Shown piece after piece: positions 45,000 to 57,100 of a stretch of DNA of 64,000 nucleotides. Numbering within the stretch: the first letter of the stretch is position 1; every line of letters starts with the position of its first letter. The stretch covers positions 24,200,048 to 24,264,047 of the forward strand of contig NC_083409.1 of the NCBI RefSeq assembly GCF_020745735.1, read 5' to 3'. This DNA comes from Hemiscyllium ocellatum (lineage: Eukaryota). Under the pieces are notes generated by a model that searched no databases, was not told the DNA's origin, and was given only the letters and a program-made list of their open reading frames with translations. The position numbers and the translations under genes were made by a program.

Positions 45000-46340
45000 C
45001 AATCTATGAATGTTGTTGCAGCTGCACCTGTCCAGGCAAGTGGGGAGTATTTGCTCCCACTCCTGACTTGGTTGACAGGCTTTGGGGGATCAGGAGGTGA
45101 ATTACTGGATGCAGTATTTCTAGCCTCGAACTTGCTCTTGTAACCACTGTGTTTCTTTGGTGAATCCAGTTGTGTTTCTGGTCAATGGCACCTCAAGAAT
45201 GTTGATAGTGGGGATTCAGTGATGGTAATAGCATTGATTGTCAAGGGTCGATGTTAAGACTGTCTCTGATTGGTAATGGTGATTGGCTGGCATTTGCATG
45301 GCACCAATGGGAAATGTCACTTCTCAGACAAAACCTGGATATTGTCCAGATATTGTTACATTTGCACGTGGACTGCGTCAGTATCTGAGGAGTTGAGAAT
45401 AGTGCTGAGCATTGTGCAATCTTTGGCAATCATCCTCATTTACGAGTTTGCCTTGAGTTGCAATATCTGTTCGGAGTCTGTCCTATTTAGTACGGTGATA
45501 GTACCACACAACACAATGGAGGGGATTCTCAATGTGAAGGTCAGTCTTTGTTTCCACAAGGACTGTGTGATGGTCACTCTTACCAATACTGTCAAGGATA
45601 GGTGCATCTACAGCCACAAGATTGGTGAGGGTGGGTTCAAGCATCTTTTTCCATCTTTTTGGTTCCAGCTGCAGAGCCAGTCCCTCAGCTACATCCACGA
45701 GGAACCAACCAGCTCGATCAGTAATGCTGCTGCCGAGCCACTCTCAGTGGTGGGCATTGAAACCCCCACCCAGAGTACACTCTCTGCTGTCATCACCCTC
45801 CAAATGCTTCCTCCAAATGTTGTTCAACATCCAGGAGAGACTGATTCATCAGCCGAGGGAGCAAGGTATCTTGTAATCACCAAGAGGTTTCCTCGCCCAT
45901 GTTTAACCTGGTGTCATGAGTCTTTACGGGGTCCAGAGCCAACTTTGAGACTTCCCAGGGTAACTCCCTCCTGACTGTCGACCACTGTGTCATCAGCTCT
46001 GCTGGGTCTGCCTTTCTGGTGGGACAGAACACATGCAGGGACAGTGATGGTGGTGTCTGGAGCATTGTCTGTAAGGTATGGTTCTGTGAGTATGACTGTG
46101 TCAGGCTGCTGCTTGAGTCATCTGTAAGACAGCTCTCCTGAATTTGGCCCTAGCTCCCAGATGTCAGTAAGGAGGATGGAGCAGGGTAGACAGGGCTGTT
46201 TCTGTCATTGTCTTTTCGGTGTCTAGATCGATGCCTATGGTCCGTCCGGTCTCATTTCTTTATTGAAACATTGTCATAATTGATACAACTGAGAGCCTTG
46301 CTCGGCCATTTCAGAGGGCACTAGAGAGTCAACCACATTG
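45000..46340 (-). mobile_element. Non-LTR retroelement APE/RT fragment
   Basis: MLEPTLTNL...IGKSDHHTVLVETK and PDIVILTE-like frames. Confidence 0.7.
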
Positions 46341-47164
46341 CTAGAGGACAGTGCCGTGTACCCCGGCAGTACATTCCGACCTCCCCCACTTCCCCATTCT
46401 GTATATGGAAGGCAGAAGCCTGCCGGCAGGATATTCAACCGCAGGAGCTATCACAGCCCGTGCGCAATTCTGTCCCCACGTTAAATCCACACAAAACTTG
46501 AATTCACATAACACCCTCAATGTCCAAGCATTCCAAGAATGTTCACAAAGTTGCAGTAAGAGGGATGGGGGAGAGGGTGGAGGAACATAAGAACTAGGAG
46601 CAGGAGCAGTCAATTCAGCCCCTCGAACCCACCCCACCATTTAATACAATCATGGCTGATCCCATCTCAGACTAAACTCCACTTTCCTGCTCATTCTCCA
46701 TCATCCTTTAACCCATTAATCATTAAATATCTGTTCATCTCCTCCTTGGTGTGAGACAGGGAAGGGACCACTCCATTTCAGAAAAGACTGATCATGGAAG
46801 GGGAAGGAGAGGGCAAGAGATTGGAACATGTTGTGAATGGACAGGATGGGTCAGTGGGTCAGAGCCTGTCCTGTTCCTCCAACTCACACTGATGGCCTGA
46901 GGATCTCCTCTCTCTGCTAGGCCTTCATGGAATGAGGTTTGTGTCCAAATCAGTCCCCAGTGAGAATAGGCCAACAGTACAGAACTGCCCTTCATTTGAC
47001 CAGAATCTGCCCATCTTCCTGAGAGAGGCCAAACCCTGGTCAACGTGGATATAGGACCTTACTCCAGGAGAAGACAGGAGTCAAGGGTTAACATCCATTA
47101 GTGGGGCAGAGCAGAGGGAGATTTATCCTGCATTCAACTGTCACCACCCAGGACACTGTCAGAA

Positions 47165-47870
47165 AGAGAGAGCATTGAGGCAGAGAGAGAGAGATGGAGG
47201 GAAAAATTGTGTGTGTGTGCGTGTGTGTGAGTGAGAGAGAGAGAGCGAGAAAGAAAGAAAGAAAGTGAGAGAGAGAGAGAGATAGAGGGACGAGCATCTG
47301 ATACGGTATAAGATATGTGAGGGGACCGAGAGGGGTAGAGGGAGGTAGAAATGGTGAGGTTGGGGGATAGAGAGAGAAAAACAAGATGTGAGACAGTGTG
47401 ACTGAGAGGGATGGAGAGAGACAAAGAGACAAGGAGAGAGAGAGAAAGAGACAGGATGGGTGTGAGACAAAGCATGAAGAGAGTTGAGAGGGAGGGTAGG
47501 GTTGAGTGTGAGAGAGAGAGAGATGAGTATGGGTAGATTTATAATGACAGAGAGAGAGGGAGAGAGACTGTAAATTGGGAGGGAAGGAGAGAGAAAGAGG
47601 GAGGAATAGAGAGTGACAGATAACAATTGAAGGCTTTTAATTGAAGTGAGAGAGGGAGTGAGTAACAGAGACAGTGAGAAATGGAGAAACAGATGATAAG
47701 ATGGAGTGAGAAAGCATCAGTGAGTTGGAGAGAGTGGCTATGAGACAGAGTGTGTGTGTGTGAGAGAGAGAGAGAGAGGGAGAGAACATGAAAGAGATTA
47801 ACAGTGGAAGAGAGAGATAGAGGTAGAGAGAAAAAATGGCAGATGCGAGTCAGAGAGAGAGAGAGGGACA
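47165..47870. repeat. GA-rich low-complexity / microsatellite tract
   Basis: Seen directly; paralog of 18,930-19,390. Confidence 0.9.
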
Positions 47871-48899
47871 GGTCCTGGTCACCACACTCTGGGAAGAATG
47901 TGATTGTACCTGAGTGGGCACAGGGGAGATTTCCCAGGATGCTGCCTAAATGTGAGCTTTGAGCAGTGAAGGCGTAAAAGGGACCTGATAGAGAGGGATA
48001 ACATTATTCAGGACAGTGATAGGGTGGGTAGGATGGCACTTTTTACATGAGTAAAGGACTTCATAACCTGGTACAGAGATTGAAGGTAACACAGACATGG
48101 ACACGTAGAAACAGCAGGCCATTCGGCCCTTTGAGTCTGCTCTGTCATTCAGTATGATCATGGCTGTATCAATTTGTGAATGTCATAATTTCTTCGAGGG
48201 TCGGTGTGGGCTTGTCGGGCCAAATGGCCTGTTTCCACACTGTAGGCATTCTATGATCTATGGCTGATCCTCTCTCTCAAAGCCATATTCCTGCCTTCTC
48301 CCCATTCTCTTCAAGTTGTTAAAATGCAAAACAATTATCTCTCTTGTTTTCTTGAATATATAGTTCCTTGTCCTCCACAGCCTTCAGTGGTAGAGAATTC
48401 CACAGGTCGACCACTCTCTGAGTGAAGAAATGTTTCCTCATCTCAGTCCTAAATGGTCTACCCTGTATCCCCCTGAGCCTGTGTCTCCTGGTTCCAGACT
48501 CCCCAACCAGGGGAAACCTCCTCCCTGCCCAGCCCTGTTACAATTTTATATGTTTCAATCAGATCCCCTCTCATCGTTCTGAACACGAGTGAGTCCATGG
48601 CCAGGCGAGTTGGAGAGTGAGAGGAGAGTTGAGAAGAAATGTTTTCACCCAGAGGGTGGTGGGAGTCTGGAACTCACTGCCTGAAAGGCTGGTTGAGTCA
48701 CAAACTCTCGTGACATTGGAGCAGTGTTTAGATATTCCCTTGTGTTGCTGTAGCCCCCAGGTAATGGGTCAAGAGCTGGAGGATGGGATTAGTGTCATCA
48801 GATCTTTGTCTACGAGCACAGACACAATGGGCCAAATGGCCTCATTCAGTGCTGTTCACATCAATGACTGAGACAAAGCGAGTGAGATATAGAGAGAGA

Positions 48900-49000
48900 G
48901 AGAGAAGAGGAAGTGTGAGGGGCTGACGTGGCCCAATGACACTTACATACAGAGGAACACCCAGTCAGACTCTCACAGGCTGCAGCTTTATAAAGCAGAG
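48900..49000 (+). promoter_or_regulatory. V2 promoter: PU.1-type ETS site, CRE/G-box, degenerate octamer and TATA
   Basis: AAGAGGAAGTG at 48905-48915, TGACGTGG at 48924-48931, ACTTACAT at 48941-48948, TATAAA at 48989-48994. Confidence 0.75.
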
Positions 49001-49054
49001 CCCAATGAAGGGAGAGTTTATCAGGAACCAGGCACAGGGACAGGAGCACACACC

Positions 49055-49103
49055 ATGATTTCACACATCCAGCTGATCTGGCCCCTGGCATTGTGTGTCG
49101 CAG
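49055..49103 (+). CDS. IGKV: Leader exon L2 (MISHIQLIWPLALCVA-G)
   Basis: cacaccATG context, 49 nt, donor G|GTACAA, 186-nt intron. Confidence 0.93.
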
Positions 49104-49289
49104 GTACAAATCTCTCTCCTTCCACCTTGAATCTTTAGCTGCTCTCCATTTCACTCCAATTCCACTGACTTGTGATTGAAGGGAAAATGCTGAAACCAGA
49201 GGAATGCTCAGTGTCTCCAACAATCTCTCATTTGACCGTCTCTTTCTGTGAAAGTTCTGACTTCACTGTGTTTCTCTCTGATCCCTCAG

Positions 49290-49588
49290 GTATTAGTGGG
49301 GACATCAGCATGACCCAGTCTCCCCCGGTGCTGTCAGTGGGACTGGGCCAGACTGCAACACTCACCTGTACGGCCAGTCAATCTGTTAGCAAGTATGTTA
49401 ACTGGTACCAGCAGCGAGAAGGTCAGGAACCCTCTCTCCTGATCTATTATGCAACAACTCGATTCACAGGAGTCTCCGATCGATTCACCGGCAGTGGATC
49501 AGGAACCAGTTTCACCCTGACAATCACCAACGTTCACAATGAGGATGTCGCTGACTATTACTGTCAGCAGTATAGCAGCTACCCTCGA
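49290..49588 (+). CDS. IGKV: V exon V2 (leader part 2 plus 96-codon kappa-type V region), apparently functional
   Basis: ccctcag|GT ATT AGT GGG then [38 protein letters not shown]...[11 protein letters not shown]. Confidence 0.97.
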
Positions 49589-49616
49589 CACAGTGACACA
49601 GAGCCGTACAAAAACC
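49589..49616 (+). other. 12-RSS of V2 (canonical)
   Basis: CACAGTG at 49589-49595, 12 nt, ACAAAAACC at 49608-49616. V-12/J-23 is the kappa configuration. Confidence 0.98.
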
Positions 49617-50034
49617 TCAATACATAAAGCACTACCTCCTGTACTGACACATCCCACAGTTACATAAAATGTATAATAATGGACACAAAGTCCCACCGCC
49701 TGAACTGACACATCCAGTTAGATCTAAATGAAACTGATCAAATTACCTCAAACTGGGATTGGCACTGTCCACGACACACCCCAATCCCTGTGGTGTCTCA
49801 ATGCTCACTGAAGGCCTGTCGTTTCCCTCTAACACTCCATAGCCACATGAGAAAAGCTGCTGCAAGATTTAACATCAAAAAATAAATTTCACAAACCTCC
49901 CAAGCCCAGCTGGAAACAACCCAGAGAGAGAAAGGCACGTGAATGAGGGAGAGACAGAGAGGGGCAGGGAGAGGGTGAGAGTGAGTGAGAGACAGAGAGA
50001 GGTTGACAGTGATAAGAGGGAAGCAGAGAGCTGA

Positions 50035-50073
50035 GGTTTTTGTACAGCCTCTGCACTGGGAACTCTCACTGTG
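50035..50073 (-). other. 23-RSS of J2 (canonical)
   Basis: GGTTTTTGT at 50035-50043, 23 nt, CACTGTG at 50067-50073. Confidence 0.98.
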
Positions 50074-50108
50074 GTACACGTTCGGTAAAGGAACCAAGCT
50101 CAGACTGA
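50074..50108 (+). CDS. IGKJ: J segment J2 (YTFGKGTKLRL), canonical donor
   Basis: FGxG motif; CTG A|GTAAGT phase-1 donor at 50109. Confidence 0.97.
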
Positions 50109-50299
50109 GTAAGTAAACCTCAATCCTCTGTTATTAACCCTGTCAATACTGAAACACACTTTCTAAAATACAGTTGCTGATTTGTTGAAGGTGTTAGTGG
50201 AAAGCTACAGTGAATGAAATGGTTGATTGAGGAGCACTGTGTCTAACTGTGTCCAGCTGTATTTCTTTACATTCATGCCCTCTTTAAAGAAAGTAAGAT

Positions 50300-50535
50300 A
50301 TAAGTCAGTAAGTTTTACTCACCGTGTGGAGGAGCTCTGTCCATTTGCAGCCTGTGGTCCCATTCCTGCAGCATGGAGTGAAATCAGTGAGTAGCCTCCT
50401 GCCAGTCTCAGTGTGACGGACACGGGCAGAGTTTGATGTGAGCTCTGGCTCCCTGTCCCAGTCTCTGATCTCACTGACCTCAGCAGCAGCAGCAGCAGCA
50501 GCACAGTGAGACACCGAGCTCCCACCTCCCCCAGC
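50300..50535 (+). promoter_or_regulatory. Conserved J-proximal intronic block, copy 2
   Basis: ATTTGCAG at 50343, TGTGGT at 50353, (CAG)7 at 50481-50501, CACAGTG at 50502-50508. Confidence 0.5.
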
Positions 50536-50954
50536 TTTAATTCTGTTCAATCACACAATCACAGAACTGTTACAGTGCACAAGAGGCCATTCCGTCCATC
50601 CTGTCTGGACTAGCTCTCCAAATGAGCAATTCACTGAGTGTCATTCTCCTGCCTTCTCCCTGTCACCCTGCATATTGTTCCTTTTCAAATGACAGTCTCA
50701 TTCCCTTCGGAATGTTACAATTAAAGCTGCCTCCACCACACTCTCAGGCAGTGCATTCCACACCTTAACCACCCACTGGCTGAAATGTTGTTCCCCATCT
50801 CACTTTTCTTACTATTCCAATTACTTTCAATCTGTGGCCTCTCGGTCTCAATCCTTTCACAAGTGGAATCATTTTCTCCCTATTTACTCTGTTCCAGGCC
50901 CCCTCCAGATTTTGAATATCGGGAACAATTCTCCTCGCTGCCTTCTCCAAAGAA

Positions 50955-51154
50955 TTGGAGGTGCCGGTGTTGGTCTGGGGTGGACAAAGTTAAAAATCTC
51001 ACAACACCAGGTTATAGTCCAACAGGGGGTTATTTGGAAGCACTAGCTTTCGGAGCGCCCCTCCTTCATCAAATGGTTGTCAGCAGCGCTCCGAAAGCTA
51101 GTGCTTCCACATTAACCTGTTGGACTATAACCTGATGTTGTGTGATCTGTAACT
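50955..51154. mobile_element. Family-B fold-back mini-element with a 12-bp target-site duplication
   Basis: TTCTCCAAAGAA at 50943-50954 and 51155-51166; single copy (empty site) in the left arm at 15924-15935. Confidence 0.9.
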
Positions 51155-51169
51155 TTCTCCAAAGAAGAC

Positions 51170-54100
51170 AGTCCCAAATTCTCCAATCTATCTTCAGAAC
51201 TGATATTCCTCATTCCCTGGAATGATCTTTTTGCATATGTTTGCCAGCTCTACAAAACATTCACCTCCTTCATGAATTATTCACATTATTCATGTCCCTC
51301 ATGATTTTATAAACCTCTATAAGGTCACTCCTCAGCCTCCGGCACTTCAGGGTAAAAGATATCAGCTTTTCCAGCCTCTAATGGTCACGGAGTCATACAG
51401 CATGGAAACGGATCTTTCAGTCTAACTTCTCCATGCTAACTAGATATCCAAAACTGACCTCATCCCATTTGCCAGCATTTAGCCCACATCCCTCTAAACC
51501 CTTCCTATTCATGTACCCATCCAAACATCTTTTAAATGCTATAATGGTATCCGTCTCCAGCACTTTCTCTGACAGCTCGAACCATACATGCACCACCCTC
51601 TGTGTGACAAGTTACCCCTCAGGTCCCTTTTGGATCTTCTGCCTCGCATCTTAAACCTATACCCTCTAGTTTTGGATTCCCTTTCCCAAGGCAAAGACCT
51701 GGGATGTACACCCTGTCCATGCCCGTCATGATTTTATAAGCATCTATAAGGCCACCCCTCAGTCTCCGATCATGCAGGAAAAATAACCCGTCTATTGAAC
51801 CTCTTCCAACAGCTCAAACCCTCCAGTTCCAGGCAACATCCATGTAAATCTTTTCTGCGGAATTTTAAGTTTAACAGCATCCTTCCTATCACAGGATGAT
51901 CAGAATTGTTCACGTTATTCCCAAAGTAGCCTCACCAATTTCCTGTACAGCTGCAAATGATGTCCCAACTCTGATACTTAGTGCAGTGACCAATAAAGGC
52001 AAGTGTACCCAACACCTTCTTCATCTCCCTGTCTCCCTGTGACTCCACTGTCAAGGAATAATGCCCCTGCCCCTGCCCCTGCAGCTGCCCCTGCCCCTGC
52101 ACCCTGAGGTCACTTTGTTGAGCAACACTCCACAGGGCCCCACCATTAACAGTATAAGTCCTGCCCTGGTTTGACTTTCCAAAATGCAACATCTCACATT
52201 TATCTAAATTAAACTCCATTTGCCACACTTTTAGATCAGAGTGGTGCTGGAAAAGCACAGCAGGTCAGGCAACGTCCGAGGAGCAGGAAAATTGACGTTT
52301 CATGCAAAAGCCCTTCATCAGGATTCCTCTAGCTGAAACGTCGATTTTTCTGCTCCTCGGATGCTGCCTGACCTGCTGTGCTTTTCCAGCACCACTCTGA
52401 TCTAAACTCTAGTTTCCAGCATCTACAGTCCGCACTTTTGTCCATTTGCCACACCTCTGCCCATTTCCCCAAATGATCAAGGTCCCACTGTACTCTCAGA
52501 TAAGCTACTTCACTATCCACTGTACCACCAATTTTGTGGTCATTTACAAACTCGCCATAATTCCTATATTCACATCCAAATCATTTATTTAAATGATGAA
52601 AAGCCATGGACACAGCACCAATCCTTGTGGCATACAGCTGACATCTGATCTCCAGTCTGAAAAGCAACCCCTTACCACCACTCTCTGTCTCCTATCTTGA
52701 AGTCATTTTTTTACCCAAATGGCTAGCTCCCCCTGGATCCCATGTGGCCTAACCTTACTAATCAGTCTATCATATGGAACCTTGTCAAATGCTTTGCTGA
52801 AGTCCATATAGATAGTGTCTACTGTTCTGCCTACATCAATCTTCTCTTCAAACAACCTCAATCATGTTAGTGAGACACAATTACCATGCACAAAACTGCA
52901 ATGCTTGTCCAAATGCATCTAAATCCTGTCCCTCAGAATTCACTCCAATAATTTGCCCAGCAATGACATCAGGCTCACTGGTTTATAGTTCCTTGGTTTT
53001 CCTTACAGCCTTTCTTAAATAATGGCTAACATTAGCCAACCTCAGCAAGGGATCCAGCAATCTCCTTCCTAGCTTTCCACAATGTCCTGGGATACACCTG
53101 ATCAGGTCCTGGAGATTTATCTTCTGTCTTGCACTTAAACTCATCTTCTTCTGTAATGTGGACTTGTGTCAAGACATTACTATTTATTTGCCAAGTTCCC
53201 AAATTTCCATGTCTTTCTCCATGATAAATACTGACCTGGAATATTCATTTAAGACCTTAACCATTTCCTGTGGATCCACTCAGAGGTACATTGTTCATCT
53301 TCATGGGGCCCTATTCTCTCTCTAGTTACTCTTTTGCCCTTTTCTTATTTACCATAATTCTACCACTTTTGCCCTTAAGTAAGTTCAGGAATTGTTTGCC
53401 CTCCTTCAAATGTATCTCGAATATACCTGGTCCACATCCTCTACTATTCTTTTCAGGACTTTCCTGCCAACCTTTGATCCCACTTTATTCAGATCCGATA
53501 CATCCATATCCTATAGAAGCTGATATTTCCCCAGTGAAGATGTTTGACCCTGAAAAGGCCTTTGTTCTTTTCTACCATCACCCTCAACTTTGTGATACAA
53601 TGATCACTCTTCTTTAAGTGTCCTCTCATTGACACCTGATCCACTTGGGCCTCCTCATTCCCAAGATCCAGATCTAGCAGAGCCTCCTTTCTCATTAGAC
53701 TGGAAACATGTGGCTGGAGAAAATTCACATGAACACACTCTCACGACTCTGGCCACTCTCTGTCCTTCACACTGCTACTACCCCAGTCTATGTTCAGAAA
53801 TTAAAGACATCCCCCCACCGCCCCATTTATAATGACTATTATATTTGCAGGTCTCTGTAAATTCCTTGCAAATGTAGTCCTCTAAATCCTTCCCACTGGG
53901 TGGTAACTTATTGACTGCACTAATGATTCTGTGGACATTGGTGTTCCTCTCTGACAGTCCCTCCTGGCTCCCACTGCCCTGCCAAGTTAGTTTAAACCCT
54001 CTCCAACAGCACGAGTAGACCACCTCAAAGGAACTCAGTGCCAGCTCTGTTCAGGAGCAACGCTGTCTGGTCTATCCAGGTCCCATCTCACCCAGACCCA

Positions 54101-57100
54101 GTCCCAATGTCACAAGAATCGAAAACCCTCCCTCCTGGAACCTCTTTCCAGCCCCACAGTCACTTGTGTTATCCTCCTGCTTCTCTTCTCACTTGCCTGG
54201 GGCACTGGGAGTAATCTGAAGATTCCTACTTTTGAGTTCCTGATGTTAATTCCCTTCTGAGCTCCCTAAATTCTGACTACAGGACCATATCCCTTTTCTC
54301 CCTCTGTCACTGGGACCGATGTGGACCACGACTGCTGCCTGTTCCCCCTCTCCCCTCAGGGTGCTCTGCAGTCGCTTAGTGACAGCCTTGACCCTGGCAC
54401 CAGGGAGACAACACACCATCCTGGATTCCCATCTGCAGCTGCAGAAACACCTATCGATGCCCTCACTCTCAAATCTCCTTTCACGATCAGTCTTCCTTAA
54501 ACTAACACCCCTCCACCCCCCCACCACAACCACCCCCCACTCCCCCCCCCCAACAATACAGCTGAGCCACCAGTGATGCCATGGACTTGGCTCTGGCTGC
54601 ACTCCCCAGATGAACCATCATTCTCATCAGGATTCCAAACTGAATCCTGGTTGGAGAGTGGGATGCATTCAGGGGATTCCTGTACTAGCTGCCTGGTCCT
54701 TTTGGACTGTCTGCTGCTCCCCCATTCCCTCTCTCCCTGCATACTCTGAAGCTGCAGAGTGACCACATCTAGAAACGTGCTCTCCACGGAGCTCTCAGCC
54801 TCACAGACGTTCCGCACTGACACCAGCTGCTGCTCAAGCTCCAAAATCCGGAGCTTCAACTGCTGTCACTGACCACACTTCCTGTACTCATGGTATTCCA
54901 GGAGCTGGGAAGCATTCTGAAATTCCCACATGGATGCACACTCTCTCCACTCTTTGGTTATCTCTTGGCAAAGTTCTGATGACAAACAGCTCCAGCAGGG
55001 CTCACAGTCCAGTGGGTTCAGTGGTCCAGGGTTTTGGGGAAAATCTCCAGAAGTCTTTAAGAAATAGGAGCAGAAATCAGCCATTCAGCCCATTGAATTT
55101 GCTCTGCCATTTGATCTTGGCAGATATGCTTTTCACCCCCATTCTCCTGCCTACTCCACAGGAACGTTCGATCCCCTTTACAATCACAAACCTATCTATC
55201 TCTGTCTTAAATACACTCAGTGACTTGGCCTCCCTGCCCTCTGTAACAATGAGTTCCACAGATTCACCACCCTCTGGCTGAAGAAAGTCCTCACCTCAGC
55301 TCGAAAGGGTCGACCCTTCATTCTGAGGCTGTGCCTTGGGTACCTAGTCTCTCCTGATTTTGGAAACACCTTCTCTGCATCCACTCTATCCAGGTCTATC
55401 AGTATTCTGTAAATTTCAATAAGATCCCTCCTCATCCTTCTAAACTCCATCGAGTACAGACCCAGAGTCCTCAACCACGCCACATATGACAAGGCTTTCA
55501 TTCCCAGGATCATTCTTGTAAACCCCTCCAATGCCAGCACATTGTTTCTTAGAATATGGGTCCCAAATCTGCTCGCAATATTCCAAATGCAGTCTGACCA
55601 GAGCCTTACACAGCCTCAGCAGTACATCTCTGCTCTTGTATTCTGGCCCTATTGAAATGAATGCTATTATTTCATTTACCTTCCCAAGCACAAACTGGAC
55701 CTGCCTGTTATCCTGAAGAGAAACCTGAATGAGGTTTGTGCTTCAGATTTCCAAAGGCTTTCCTTCTTTAGAAAACAGTCTTTGCATCTCTTCTTCCTCC
55801 CAAAGTGCACACCCTCACACTGTAACACATTGTATTCTATCTGCCACTTCTTTGCCCACTCTCCGAGCCTATCCAGGAGCTTTTACAGTCTTCCCACTTC
55901 CTCAACACTACCTGTCCCTCCACCCACCTCATGTCACCTGCAAACTTAGCAACAATGTCTTCACTTCCTTCATCCAGATTGTTAATGTATAACGTGAATC
56001 GTTTTGGTCCTAACATTGACACCTGCAGAACTCTACTCGTCACCAGCAGCCATTGTTCCTCATGCTCTGCTTTATGCCAACCTGTCAGTCCTCGGTCCAT
56101 GCCAGTACATTGCCCCTAACACTATGGGCGCTTATCTTATGTCAAATGCCTTCTGGAAATCCAAATAGATTACTTCCTCGGACTCTCCTTTGTCTGACTG
56201 GCTCATTGCCTCCTCAAAGAATTCTAACAGTTTTGCCAGGCATGACATCTCCTTGATGAAGCCATTGCACTTCCAAGTCCTCTGCAATTTCATCCTTAAA
56301 TTGAAGTCTAAAACCTTACCAACAACTGAGTACTGGCTAACAGGCCTATAATGTCCCATCTTCTACCTCCCTCCCTTCTTAAACAGGGGTGGTATGTGAG
56401 CCATTTTCCTGTCCCTTGCCCCCACCAAATCCATCCCCACCCCTCCTCCACACCCTGACTCCATTGATTCCTGAAAGATCATCACCAATGTCTCTACAAT
56501 CTCCTCAACAATCTCCTTCATAACACACGGGTGTAGTTCGTCCAGTCTGGGTGCGTTATCCACATTCAGACCTTTTAGCTTCCCCAGTACCTCCTCCTTA
56601 GTGATGTCCACTACACTTCCCTCCGACCCCTGATAGTCTTGAATTACTGGTACACTGCTGGTGTTTTCCATGGTGCAGACTGATGCAAAGTATCTATTCA
56701 ATTCCTCTGCTATTCCTTCATTTCCTGTTATTCTTTCTCCAGCCTCATTTTCCAGTGATCCATAGTCTATTTTTGACTCCTTCTTCCGTTTTATACACCT
56801 GATAAAACTCCTGAAATCTTCTGTTATATTACTGGCTAGATAGCTTCCACATTTCACATTCTCCACCCTTACTGCTTTTTCCGTTATCCTCTGCAGGTTT
56901 TTAAAGGCTTCCTAATCCTCTGGCTTCCCACTACTCTCCACCACATTGTGTACTTTTTCTTTTGCTTTTATGCTGTCCTTGACCTCCCCCATCAGCCATT
57001 GTTGACTTGTCCTCCCCTTAGTATGTTTCTTCTTTTTTAGGATGAATTCCTGCTGTGCTTCCTGAATTACCCCCAGAAACCCTGCTGTTTGCTGTCCCAC

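Noticed and set aside
45270-45974. Longest ORF in the window (234 aa)
   Set aside because: It is the antisense shadow of a degenerate LINE endonuclease region, with no independent domain.
46340-46470. Plus-frame LEDSAVY (V-FR3-like) and RQKPAG (FR2-like) peptides in a CpG-rich patch
   Set aside because: There is no YYC and no RSS, the motifs are in the wrong order, and the segment begins at a SINE truncation. It is likely a chance match in a degenerate repeat (palindrome CCTGCCGGCAGG).
49172-49300. Leader-intron ATG (49187; paralog in V1) in frame with V, giving a leaderless isoform
   Set aside because: About 34 open codons is common by chance, and the two copies are not independent. No supporting promoter or Kozak evidence.
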